DNA from: an uncultured Methanosarcinales archaeon | Lineage (GTDB): Archaea; Nanobdellota; Nanobdellia; Woesearchaeales; DSVV01 | DNA length: 64,000 nt | Assembly: GCA_964385055.1 (NCBI GenBank) | Contig: CAYLMH010000001.1 | Location: forward strand, 30,111 to 94,110 | Direction: 5' to 3' | Shown here: piece by piece, positions 47,889 to 57,278 of the stretch | Layout of the letters: every line of letters starts with the position of its first letter | Numbering within the stretch: the first letter of the stretch is position 1 | The notes under the pieces: generated by a model | What the model was told of the DNA's origin: nothing | Databases searched by the model: none | Seen by the model: only the letters and a program-made list of their open reading frames with translations | Made by a program: the position numbers and the translations under genes

Positions 47889-49889
47889 TTACCAATCAAA
47901 AACGATCCAGTCTCGAGAGACGACAATGAATAAGAATAAGAAGACAAACAAGCAAAAATAAATGGATTGTATCTGAATAGGAACATCATAAAGGAGAGTT
48001 GTTGCAGAAGAATGACATTCTTCATTAAATTCTGGAGGATTGCTGGCCATAACAGAAGCGATTATTCCACCAACAACTTTTGAACGATGACATAAACGCT
48101 GAAAGTGCTCTTGATAGTAATCTACAACCGAAGAAGGAAACGAACAATTTGTTTTTTCGATATAAACATAAACAAAATGCTGATGTCCTTCTTTGTATTG
48201 CCCAGTAATAAAAGGAACAAAAACCTGGCAGGTATCTTGATATAATAGAGCATCATAAGGAAATATATATAATGGAAGAAATTCATCCTGCGGTCGCAAA
48301 ATAATTGCAGAGTAATTGTTGTTTGAGATGGTAGTATTAAGGAAAGAATTAAGTGTTTCAAAACGTATATATTTTATTGGGGGTTCCAATGTTTCTACAA
48401 GACCTAATTGAACAAGGTATGGAGCATACAACTCTAAATCTAAAGCGCTAAGCTCAGAGTATGTAAATGAATTAACATCAATAAAGTCTGTTTTATTAAG
48501 ATAGGAAAAGGGATTTTCTTGAAACATTGCTATATAATCTGACCCTGTAATTATTGGCTTTTCAACATTGAGTTGGAATAAGGGGAAAGAGATTTCCATT
48601 CTGACTTTATCTAAGAATTTCTGACCATTGAAAATACTTCCATCAGAAACATCTTCTAAAGTAAATCCTGAAAAGAATAAATAAAGAGGAATAAAAAGCA
48701 GAAATAAGCAAAAGAGAACAAGAATTTTTTCAATGATTGAAAAAGATAGGAATTCCTTCTTGAATTTGTAGAGAGAGATAAGAAAAAAAGGAATAACTGG
48801 CTGAAAATATCTTGTAATGCCAATAATCTCTTCATTACCAAATGTTTGAAAAGTTTTCAAGAATAAAAGGACAAAGCCAACACCAAGGAGACCAGAAAAA
48901 ACATCAAATTGTTTGCCCAATAATCGCGCAAACACAATAAATAGACAAAAATACAGAAAGAGAATGGAAGAATTGTGTATATAATTAACATTTGTAATTA
49001 TCTTGATAGTTTGTTCAAAAGTGTATGCTGTTGGATATATTTGTGTCCAAGAAAAATAAAAATTAATAAAATGAGGATAGAGAAAAACAAAAAAGACACA
49101 GACTAATAATGAGCATCCTAAGGGAATTGCTGTTTTGTTAATGGTTTGCATGAAAGTACTTATTTTTGACACCTTTACTTCCAAATAACCTTTTTTGTAG
49201 AAATAAAAACAAAAGATTACTCCCACGAAGAAAATAGAGTTTACTTTTGATAACAATGCAAATCCTAACAATATCCCCGCAATTTTTTTATGAGGAGTAT
49301 ATTCTAAGAAGTAGAAACCAAGCAGAAGGAAAAAAAGAAGAGAGATTGTTGCAAAGTCAAAATCTTTAATAAATAAAAAAAGGACAGAGAATGCAATAAA
49401 AAAGAAAGAATGATCTCCTGTTTCCAGTACTTTTATTTTATAAGTAAGATAAATAATGAGAAAAACAGTAAGTAATGAAAAAAGAGTTATGCTAAGATCC
49501 AGATCTACGGGGATGAGAGATAAGAAATAGCCAAGGATATACACTGTTGGTCCCTGAACACAATAAGGACTATCTGAATACAAAGTCCCTTGTCCAACAT
49601 AAGTCAGACAAAATTCTCGTGCAAAAATTCGTGGAACTGAGATCAAGTCAATATTATTTATCAATATAAGCCCTACAAAAATCCCTAAACACAATAATAT
49701 TTTCGAATAATCTGGTTGAATGTTTTTCAAAGCACAAAATAAGTAGATGAAGGAAAGGGAAAATAATAATAACAAGAGTGATCCAAAAAGAGAAAGATGA
49801 AGAAGCTGAAGCAATGGAATAGCAAGCAAACAAAAAAAGAGAGGGAATATAATCTCTTTCTTCTCTTCAAAGTAATTTTGTAAAGACAT
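47889..49889 (-). CDS. Large polytopic membrane protein, family A paralog (GT-C-like candidate); closest paralog of 4914-6908
   Basis: Motif RIFAREFCLTYVGQGTLYSDSPYCVQGPTVYILGYF, and a C-terminal domain homologous to that of 4914-6908. Confidence 0.6.
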   Translation of the reverse strand: MSLQNYFEEKKEIIFPLFFCLLAIPLLQLLHLSLFGSLLLLLFSLSFIYLFCALKNIQPDYSKILLCLGIFVGLILINNIDLISVPRIFAREFCLTYVGQGTLYSDSPYCVQGPTVYILGYFLSLIPVDLDLSITLFSLLTVFLIIYLTYKIKVLETGDHSFFFIAFSVLFLFIKDFDFATISLLFFLLLGFYFLEYTPHKKIAGILLGFALLSKVNSIFFVGVIFCFYFYKKGYLEVKVSKISTFMQTINKTAIPLGCSLLVCVFFVFLYPHFINFYFSWTQIYPTAYTFEQTIKIITNVNYIHNSSILFLYFCLFIVFARLLGKQFDVFSGLLGVGFVLLFLKTFQTFGNEEIIGITRYFQPVIPFFLISLYKFKKEFLSFSIIEKILVLFCLFLLFIPLYLFFSGFTLEDVSDGSIFNGQKFLDKVRMEISFPLFQLNVEKPIITGSDYIAMFQENPFSYLNKTDFIDVNSFTYSELSALDLELYAPYLVQLGLVETLEPPIKYIRFETLNSFLNTTISNNNYSAIILRPQDEFLPLYIFPYDALLYQDTCQVFVPFITGQYKEGHQHFVYVYIEKTNCSFPSSVVDYYQEHFQRLCHRSKVVGGIIASVMASNPPEFNEECHSSATTLLYDVPIQIQSIYFCLFVFLFLFIVVSRDWIVFDW

Positions 49890-50019
49890 GAAAAAGAGAG
49901 AAAAGGAGCAGATTAATAAAATGATTGTCCATAGAATGGTATTGAAAATAGTTGCTTTTTCTTGTTTTCAAGTTCAGAAGGATAATTCATATATATGAAA
50001 AAAGCAAACAACAAAACAA

Positions 50020-50592
50020 ATGAAACAAACCAACGAACACCAATCAATCACCACCTTCCATTGCAACGACTTTCGAAAGTGGTTAGAAAAAAACCATACA
50101 AAAGAAAAAAAAGTAGCGACTATTCTTCATAAAAGACATACAGGAAAGCCTGCGCCAACACATCGAGAGTTAATGGAAGAAGCGATTTGTTTTGGCTGGA
50201 TTGACACCACAATAAAACGACTGGATGAAAACACCTATCTGAGATATTTCGCAAGACGAAATGAAAAGAGCAAATGGAGCGACAATACATTAAGCTACGC
50301 GAAAGACCTCATCAAGCGAGGAAAAATGGCAGAAGAAGGCTTGAAATTCTACAAACTTGGTTTGCAGCGACCAACGCATGATCATGGCATTCCAAAAAAT
50401 CCAGACATGCCACAAGAATTAAAGAAAGCGTTAAACAAAAACAAAATCGCGAAAAAGAATTTTGACGCGTTTCCTCCATCTGCCAAAAAGATGACGTACA
50501 GATGGATTTTGCATGCAAAATTACCTGAAACGAGAATGAAGAGAGTAAATATAACAGTGAAGAATGCAGAAATGAAGAAGAAGGTTATGTGA
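50020..50592 (+). CDS. YdeI/OmpD-associated family-like protein (uncertain)
   Basis: AICFGWIDTTIKRLDENTYLRYF and KRVNITV resemble PF13376-type proteins; the call is weak. Confidence 0.35.
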   Translation: MKQTNEHQSITTFHCNDFRKWLEKNHTKEKKVATILHKRHTGKPAPTHRELMEEAICFGWIDTTIKRLDENTYLRYFARRNEKSKWSDNTLSYAKDLIKRGKMAEEGLKFYKLGLQRPTHDHGIPKNPDMPQELKKALNKNKIAKKNFDAFPPSAKKMTYRWILHAKLPETRMKRVNITVKNAEMKKKVM

Positions 50593-50613
50593 GGTAAGAA
50601 GAAATTTTTAATT

Positions 50614-51324
50614 CTATGGAGAAATAGTATAAACATCACTAGCATCTTCCAAAGGAATACCTTCTTCAAATTGTATCGAATTTATTATGTCATAAAAAGG
50701 TCCATCATCATCTTGATAACCAGTCTGGCTTATATGAAAATCAAAGCAATAACCATCATAATATCGATAATGATTAAATTGTTTGATTTTGCCTTTTAAG
50801 GAAGGAAAGTTAATATCAGCTACCCATGTCAATATAAAGTTATTTTCTTGTTCAACATCAGATACTATAAAGTCAGTGCCCATAGTAGATAGTATAAGTT
50901 CAGATTTATCTCGAGACTCTTGAATAGTTGGAAGGTAATAACGCAAGCAAGAAGCTGAATCATCTACTCCTTCGACCTTCTCTGCAAAAATACTAATGGT
51001 CATGTTAGAAGCACTTTTTTGTATAAGAAATCGAGAAGAGAAATCTGTGTATGGGCCATCTAAACCTGATTCATAAGAAAAGCCTGACAAATCAATAAGA
51101 GTAACCCAGTCTTCACCTTGGATGTATAACGTAGATTTATCAATATCCCCAGCTTCAATTTTTGTTTCTTCTATTTGAGCAATAATCTCTAAAGAGTCAT
51201 TTTGAATTTCAAGAGATTCATTTTCAGTTTCATTAGTAAGCTGTAATGAAGAATCCTCTGAAGAGAATGTGCAACTACTTAGAAATAAGATGGTGATGAG
51301 AAAAATGAAAAGAGGCAACTTCAT
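50614..51324 (-). CDS. Secreted protein / putative lipoprotein, hypothetical
   Basis: N-terminal signal peptide MKLPLFIFLITILFLSSC (lipobox-like), followed by an acidic S/E-rich linker. Confidence 0.5.
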   Translation of the reverse strand: MKLPLFIFLITILFLSSCTFSSEDSSLQLTNETENESLEIQNDSLEIIAQIEETKIEAGDIDKSTLYIQGEDWVTLIDLSGFSYESGLDGPYTDFSSRFLIQKSASNMTISIFAEKVEGVDDSASCLRYYLPTIQESRDKSELILSTMGTDFIVSDVEQENNFILTWVADINFPSLKGKIKQFNHYRYYDGYCFDFHISQTGYQDDDGPFYDIINSIQFEEGIPLEDASDVYTISP

Positions 51325-51376
51325 TTTAAGAAGAATATGTTTAAGATTTAAATATCCTCCTAAAAAACCCCATAAA

Positions 51377-51388
51377 ACTATATAAAAC
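51377..51388 (+). promoter_or_regulatory. Archaeal TATA box (ctatataaaa) ~22 nt upstream of the taw1 ATG
   Basis: aaactatataaaacc lies upstream of the start at 51410. Confidence 0.45.
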
Positions 51389-51409
51389 CCACATCCATTC
51401 TCAACAACA

Positions 51410-52495
51410 ATGAATCCCGCCTACAAAAAGCTCATGGAGAAGCAGCAGTACCTCTTTGTTGGAGAACATTCTGCAGTCAAAATCTGCGGCTGGACAAAGA
51501 AAGCATTGCAAGATGAAGGCATGTGCTACAAAGGAGTCTTTTATGGCATCAACAGCCACCGCTGCATCCAGATGTCTCCTGCGATTAACTTCTGTGATAT
51601 GGATTGCGTCTACTGCTGGAGAGATCGAAACAATTCCAGCTTCGGCAAAATAGACAAGCCAAAAGACGTTATGGAAGCAGCAATCAGAGCGCAACGAAAA
51701 CTCCTCACAGGTTTCAAAGGCAACCCAAAAACAAATCAACAACGCATGACAGAGTCAAAAGAACCAATGCACGTCGCGATTTCATTAAACGGCGAAGCAA
51801 CATATTATCCACATCTCTCCGAGCTCATCCGCGACATCAAGAGAAGAGGATGGAGCAGTTATTTAGTAACAAACGGTATGTTGCCGCAAGTCCTCGAAAA
51901 TCTAGAACTTCCCACACAGCTCTACATCTCTTTAGACGCAGCAAATGAAGAATTGCAAACAAAAATCACACGATCCATGCATAAAGACAGCTGGCAGAGA
52001 TTAATGAAAAGTCTGGACATCATGCGAAACCTGAAAGGAAAAAATCGAACAACACTAAGACTCACTGTGGTCAAAGGACTCAACGATATTGAACCAGAAA
52101 AATACGCAGAACTGTTCATGCGAGCAAATCCTGATTTTATTGAAGTGAAAGCATACATGTTTGTCGGCGCGAGTAGAGAACGATTGGAAATGCAAAACAT
52201 GCCGTACCATGAAGAAGTCAAGGCATTTGCAGAAAAGATCGCGCAGCATTGTCCATACAAAATCAGCGCAGAACAAGAAGCGTCAAGAGTAGTCTTGATG
52301 ACAAAAGAAGATTCAGCTCCTAGATTTATTGATTTTGAAAAACTCAAGCAGGAATATATTGCACAGTTTGCGAAAGAAGCAGAAATACCCGCAAATCCAG
52401 AGTTAGATAAGTTAGTCACAGAATATAGTGAGCAAGAAGAAGTTTCTCAAGAAGAAAAGTTTATTCCAATTAGTGCAATCAAAGTGAATACGTAA
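51410..52495 (+). CDS. taw1: tRNA 4-demethylwyosine synthase (Taw1/TYW1), radical SAM
   Basis: CDMDCVYCWR radical SAM motif, CQMSPAINF.., and the TYW1 domain organization. Confidence 0.85.
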   Translation: MNPAYKKLMEKQQYLFVGEHSAVKICGWTKKALQDEGMCYKGVFYGINSHRCIQMSPAINFCDMDCVYCWRDRNNSSFGKIDKPKDVMEAAIRAQRKLLTGFKGNPKTNQQRMTESKEPMHVAISLNGEATYYPHLSELIRDIKRRGWSSYLVTNGMLPQVLENLELPTQLYISLDAANEELQTKITRSMHKDSWQRLMKSLDIMRNLKGKNRTTLRLTVVKGLNDIEPEKYAELFMRANPDFIEVKAYMFVGASRERLEMQNMPYHEEVKAFAEKIAQHCPYKISAEQEASRVVLMTKEDSAPRFIDFEKLKQEYIAQFAKEAEIPANPELDKLVTEYSEQEEVSQEEKFIPISAIKVNT

Positions 52496-53128
52496 CTACA
52501 TTTCAAGCAAAACACCAAACGGTCCTGGATTTATCAAAGTCGTATTCTTAATATGTTCAACAGCGCCAGCAGATTCATGAATGTGGCCAGAAAACACATA
52601 ATCAATTTTGTGTTTCAAATAAAAGTCACGAAAACTTTTATTGCCGCAATGTTGGTCACCAATCGCGTCAACTTTCGAACCATAGGGTGGTCCATGTAAT
52701 AACAAGATGGTCTTCGGATCTTTCTTTCCTTCCTTCAGAATAATGTCCTTATATTTTTTCAGACCCTGCAAAAAGCGCGGAGCGTAAATATTCTCAAAAT
52801 CTTTGTCACGTAAAGAAAATCCATCTCCCCCATACCCCATAAAAATCAAGTGCCCCACGCGCAATACTTTTTTGTGAACAAAAAGAACGTTTTTTAACTT
52901 CAATTTCTGACAATCTGCAGTAACCTCAGCAGAAGATTCATGATTGCCATGAATCACGAGACAAAGTGTTCCAAGATCATCAAGTTTTTTCAATATTTTC
53001 TGTTGCCGTTGTCCAAAAATAGTAAAATCGCCTAAACAAACAAGCAAGCCCGCGGACTTTGCTTTAGTTTCTATCTTCTTGAATGCGGTGTCACTGCCAT
53101 GAAGATCAGCGAAAATAAGGACTTTCAT
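52496..53128 (-). CDS. Metallophosphoesterase (calcineurin-like phosphoesterase)
   Basis: MKVLIFADLHGS, GDFTIFG and GNHES motifs. Start at the internal ATG 53128. Confidence 0.8.
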   Translation of the reverse strand: MKVLIFADLHGSDTAFKKIETKAKSAGLLVCLGDFTIFGQRQQKILKKLDDLGTLCLVIHGNHESSAEVTADCQKLKLKNVLFVHKKVLRVGHLIFMGYGGDGFSLRDKDFENIYAPRFLQGLKKYKDIILKEGKKDPKTILLLHGPPYGSKVDAIGDQHCGNKSFRDFYLKHKIDYVFSGHIHESAGAVEHIKNTTLINPGPFGVLLEM

Positions 53129-53292
53129 GAAACAAAAACAGCAGAACTGGTTTATATAACCTGTGAAGAAAAAAGAGCCACATCCTGACATATTTAAGAG
53201 AACAACGCAATAAAAACAGAAAAAATGCCATAAGGTTTTTAAACGAAAAAACGCTTCTTTAAGAGAATATTATATAAAATTTAAGGTACAAA

Positions 53293-54636
53293 ATGGTTGC
53301 AAACACAGTTGATGATTTACTCGCTGGCCCAACAGAAATAAGTTGGATGCTGTTCGGAGATATTGTAAGGCCAATAATAACAGAATATCTAAGAACAGGA
53401 CGAGTAGTGTCAATAGATGATGTGTTTAAGAGAAAAGAAGAAGGGTCAAGAAGAAGCAGTACAGAAGCGAATGCTGCAAGACAGGAAGTAGAAGAAGGAA
53501 TTCTAAGAAGAGCAAACGCATGGATTGAAGAAGGACTTGAAGATTTGTATGCAACACAAGCATTTTTCGATAGAGAAATGAGAAAAGCAGAGGAACCAAA
53601 ACCAACAGACACGCACATGTTTACCACATATGGTGCATTTCATGAAGGGTTTACAACACATGCGCGAAAATTTGTCAGAGCAAGCAGTCTTCCCACAGGG
53701 ACAGTAGAGACATTAACAAGAATTATTGATTTTCAGCCAAAAGCAACAGGAATAACATTAGACAGATCAGTTTATTTAGGAATGAGGCATGGGACACACA
53801 AAATCAGCGATATGCCTTCGTATCCAATTATTTTTCAAGTAAGTAGAATAAAAGACCCTGGACGGATGGGAAGAAAATTCGCACGATATATTTGTGAAGG
53901 AATACAAGAATGGAGAATTATCCAAGCATGTCTCGATGGGTATGAAAATAGAGAGGAAAGAGACAGGAAAATTGCTGAAGGGTTAGGAGAGCTCCAAAGA
54001 GGAACAAGGGAGGAAAGAAAAGCAGCAGAGAAAATTGTTGAAAATTTTGGAGCAATGCATGCACACGGATTACGAACACCATTTGCAGAACAAGAAGGAC
54101 TTCATATAAAACGAGAAGGAGTTGATCCTCTTGAATATGTTCTCATGCGCTGCCGAGTAAGTGATGTCCTTGGAGTCATGGATGTCGTAAGAACAGAGAG
54201 TGAAGTGAGAGAGCTTATCGAACGCACAAAGAATGGAAAGTTTTATGGTGAGGGTAACTATAAAGCACTCTTCGGAAAGCGATTGCGAAAAGAAGGAAAA
54301 ACATGGGGTTATGAGAATGATTACATTGTTGATGATCAAGGAAGAAGAATTTTTACGTACATTGTACCAGGAAGACCATTAAGAAGAAATAACATCCGAA
54401 TTGATTTTGGTGTTGAGGCATTAAAAAACTATGCTGACGATGCAGTTGGTGGAGAGAGAAGTCATATGCTCCACGAAGCACGGCAAGAAGCAAGAGTAAG
54501 AGAATGGCGTAGGGACGTACAAAAATTATATTATGCGTTATGTAATGCAATAAATAACCCTTTAGAAAGACTTGATGTCAAACAATATGAAGTGTATAAA
54601 GGATTTCCTTTTGGGACAGAAGCACAAGGAAAATAA
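53293..54636 (+). CDS. Hypothetical protein, 447 aa, with no recognizable domain and Arg/Glu-rich composition
   Basis: Long uninterrupted ORF with a TATA-like ttatataaaat upstream. Its amino-acid composition differs from that of its neighbours. Confidence 0.55.
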   Translation: MVANTVDDLLAGPTEISWMLFGDIVRPIITEYLRTGRVVSIDDVFKRKEEGSRRSSTEANAARQEVEEGILRRANAWIEEGLEDLYATQAFFDREMRKAEEPKPTDTHMFTTYGAFHEGFTTHARKFVRASSLPTGTVETLTRIIDFQPKATGITLDRSVYLGMRHGTHKISDMPSYPIIFQVSRIKDPGRMGRKFARYICEGIQEWRIIQACLDGYENREERDRKIAEGLGELQRGTREERKAAEKIVENFGAMHAHGLRTPFAEQEGLHIKREGVDPLEYVLMRCRVSDVLGVMDVVRTESEVRELIERTKNGKFYGEGNYKALFGKRLRKEGKTWGYENDYIVDDQGRRIFTYIVPGRPLRRNNIRIDFGVEALKNYADDAVGGERSHMLHEARQEARVREWRRDVQKLYYALCNAINNPLERLDVKQYEVYKGFPFGTEAQGK

Positions 54637-54644
54637 GAACTACA

Positions 54645-54851
54645 ATGACCCTCACCCTCGCAACACAATACGAATTTAGGGGAACATACGCGCTCAAAGT
54701 AGATCCAAGAGGAAGAGAAATAGTTCTTTTAGGCATGCAAGATATGCTTGTTCTTATAACACCTGCGCAACGAGAAGCACTACAGAAAAAAGAGCTTATG
54801 TTTTCTCCAGAAGGAGAACTGATCCATCTCGTGAGAACTCAGCACCCATAA
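54645..54851 (+). CDS. Small hypothetical protein (68 aa)
   Basis: It follows the 447-aa gene closely and has no family. Confidence 0.3.
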   Translation: MTLTLATQYEFRGTYALKVDPRGREIVLLGMQDMLVLITPAQREALQKKELMFSPEGELIHLVRTQHP

Positions 54852-56047
54852 TAATCCATCAAAACAATCTTATCCAAATCTTCTAAATTTTCCACAAGAT
54901 AAAATCGTCCATTCCCCAGCGCGACAAGTTTCTCTGCAAACTGTTTTCCTGCTGCATCAAGCTGAATCCCAATAAGCGAAACAGTAACACCACCAGCGAC
55001 AGCCTTCTCAACAGCGTCAAAGGTCGCCTGCATCGGATCAGAGCCAACAGTGGGCACAGCGTCAGTCAAAAGAAGCAAATGCTTTGTTCCATTATGAGGA
55101 GGAAATAATGTCAAAGAATGCATGATGCATCCTGCAAGATCTGTTTCCTTGGAAGGCATGATTTTAATCATTTCCTTAAGCAACAAGCCAAAATCAGAAC
55201 ACGGCGCAATAGACGCCTGAATATTCTGTCCAAAAACAATTAAGCCAACATCGTCTTTTTCCTGTAATGCTTTGAACGCAAGCGCGACACCAGCTTTTTT
55301 GCAGGTAGCGATTTTTGCTCCTTTCATGCTGCCAGAAGAATCAAGCCCATAAATCAAAGAAATTTTTCCTTTTTCTTGGCGAGTAAACATTTTCAAATCT
55401 TCCATGGAAAGCGTTGCGTGTTTGCGACGAATCGCCGTTTTAATAGTCCTGCGAAGCGCAATATCTTTATAGCGATCACCTTTGTGAAAATCACGAACAT
55501 CAAGTGGTGCGCCATAATGCGCTTGTTTCTCAAGGGGTTTCTCTCCCAATAATCCATACGCTTCCAAACGATCAATCTCTTCAACATACAACTGGAGCGC
55601 GGCAAGTTCAATCCCTTTCTCAGTAAACATTCCTTTTTTATCCACAAAATCTTGTTCTTGCATTTCTTCAAATTGTTCTTGAATATTTTGTTTCATCTGT
55701 CGTTGGAATTCTGGAATGCGAACATTTTGCTCCATATATTTCTCATCATACCCAGTCATCTGGCGAATGAGTTTTTCCCCATAAATTTGTTTTGCAGTTT
55801 TGTAATTCTTAACAAGTTTTTCAAACATGAGATCTGGTGTAAAAGAAAAAAGCGATTGATTCATAGAATCCTTAATTATTTTTGCTTTGTCAATAATAGA
55901 TTGGTCATTTTCCATGACAGAATGCATGAGTTTATCTTCAACGTTTTGAAACGCAAGTTTACCACCAAGCTCTTCTGCTTCATCAAAATCTTTAACAGTG
56001 TTTTTTTCTTGTTTTCTGTCAGGGAGAATCATTCTTTTCTTCATCAA
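54839..56047 (-). CDS. von Willebrand factor A (vWA) domain protein with an N-terminal uncharacterized region
   Basis: MIDAS motif GLDSSGSM (DxSxS) and C-terminal TDAVPT/GG motifs. It overlaps the upstream moxR-like gene. Confidence 0.8.
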   Translation of the reverse strand: MMKKRMILPDRKQEKNTVKDFDEAEELGGKLAFQNVEDKLMHSVMENDQSIIDKAKIIKDSMNQSLFSFTPDLMFEKLVKNYKTAKQIYGEKLIRQMTGYDEKYMEQNVRIPEFQRQMKQNIQEQFEEMQEQDFVDKKGMFTEKGIELAALQLYVEEIDRLEAYGLLGEKPLEKQAHYGAPLDVRDFHKGDRYKDIALRRTIKTAIRRKHATLSMEDLKMFTRQEKGKISLIYGLDSSGSMKGAKIATCKKAGVALAFKALQEKDDVGLIVFGQNIQASIAPCSDFGLLLKEMIKIMPSKETDLAGCIMHSLTLFPPHNGTKHLLLLTDAVPTVGSDPMQATFDAVEKAVAGGVTVSLIGIQLDAAGKQFAEKLVALGNGRFYLVENLEDLDKIVLMDYYGC

Positions 56048-57077
56048 AAGAACGCTGCTCTAATGCTTGTTTTCCCAAACCATGATCAGTAAATTCTTCT
56101 AATTCCTTTTCAAGAAAAGTCTCAGTTGTCTGGAGATAACGAATGCTTGGTTTTAATTTAATCCTGTGGCTCAGAACAGAAGGAATGACACTTTTCACAT
56201 CATCAAAAGAAACCTCCTGCCGATGATGCAAAAGAGCAGTGCTTTGTGCGCGTTCATAAATACCAATCGTCGCGCGAACGCTCGGCACTTTTTCGAGATT
56301 TTTATTGTCACGAAGCTCACGAACAAAAAGCACAAGATAGTTGAGAAGTGGCGTCGGAAATGTGACGATCATTTTGTGCGCTTTTTCAAGAACAATCTGC
56401 TCTTCTAAGACAGTGGTTTCAGGGTATGTCATGGTAAGCATATCCATACGATCAAGCAAGACATCACTGAGTCGTTCTGTGTTGGTATCCTGTGGGTTCA
56501 TTGTTGCGATGAAAATAAATTGCGCAGGAAAATCAATATCATACGTCCCAATAGTGACGATGCGTTCCTGAAGCACTTGCAATAACGCGTTCTGTAATTT
56601 CTCAGGACAACGATTAAGCTCATCAAAGAATAAAACACCGTTATTTGCTTTGAAAATTTTGCCTGGCGTAAATGCCTGCAAACTCATGGGTCCAAATTCC
56701 AATGCTTTGAGAGGATCAATATCGCCGAAAAGATCTTCAACAGTAAGATCTGGGCTTCCTTGAATACGAATAAAGCGTTCGCTTCCTTTAACGATTTTTG
56801 TCTTTACTTTTTTGCCTTCCTGACATGCAGGACAGAGCGGCTGTTTAGGAAGACAATGATACAAGCAATCGTTCACTTCAAGATCAGGCAGAACATCCGC
56901 AACATTCTTCGCGAGCGTGGTTTTTCCAATGCCTGGTGGTCCAAGTATGACAATGTTTCTGCCCATAAGAAGCGCAGATTTCAGTTCTTCTTTGACATGC
57001 TGCTGCCCAAGGATAGCGGGAAAGAGCTCTTTTTCAGTGAGAAAGACTTTTTGAAGTGTGGATAACGTCATGAGCAT
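56019..57077 (-). CDS. MoxR-like AAA+ ATPase
   Basis: Walker A ILGPPGIGKTTLAKNVA, a sensor region FFDELNRCPEKLQNALLQVLQE and the MoxR architecture. Confidence 0.85.
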   Translation of the reverse strand: MLMTLSTLQKVFLTEKELFPAILGQQHVKEELKSALLMGRNIVILGPPGIGKTTLAKNVADVLPDLEVNDCLYHCLPKQPLCPACQEGKKVKTKIVKGSERFIRIQGSPDLTVEDLFGDIDPLKALEFGPMSLQAFTPGKIFKANNGVLFFDELNRCPEKLQNALLQVLQERIVTIGTYDIDFPAQFIFIATMNPQDTNTERLSDVLLDRMDMLTMTYPETTVLEEQIVLEKAHKMIVTFPTPLLNYLVLFVRELRDNKNLEKVPSVRATIGIYERAQSTALLHHRQEVSFDDVKSVIPSVLSHRIKLKPSIRYLQTTETFLEKELEEFTDHGLGKQALEQRSFDEEKNDSP

Positions 57078-57252
57078 GAGAAAATGCAGCAGTGATATAT
57101 AAGAGTTTTGTGAGAGAGAAAGTGAAAAAAGCACAAATGGGGGAACTATGACTTTTTTGTCCTAAAATACGCATAAAATTTAAATGAAACTACTGCTTTA
57201 TAGGAGTAAATAAGAGAATATTGTCATAGAAAGAAGGATATCATATAGAAAG

Positions 57253-57262
57253 ATATATAAAA
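57253..57262 (+). promoter_or_regulatory. Archaeal TATA box (atatataaaa) ~22 nt upstream of the ATG at 57279
   Basis: agatatataaaaaacaaacgtgagaaaaATGG. Confidence 0.45.
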
Positions 57263-57278
57263 AACAAACGTGAGAAAA

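Noticed and set aside
47533-47961. 142-aa ORF on the + strand spanning the start of the PC4-like gene and the intergenic region
   Set aside because: It overlaps the well-supported minus-strand gene (which has a strong SD) and extends across an intergenic region containing a terminator T-tract. Its hydrophobic, low-complexity translation is typical of antisense/spurious frames.
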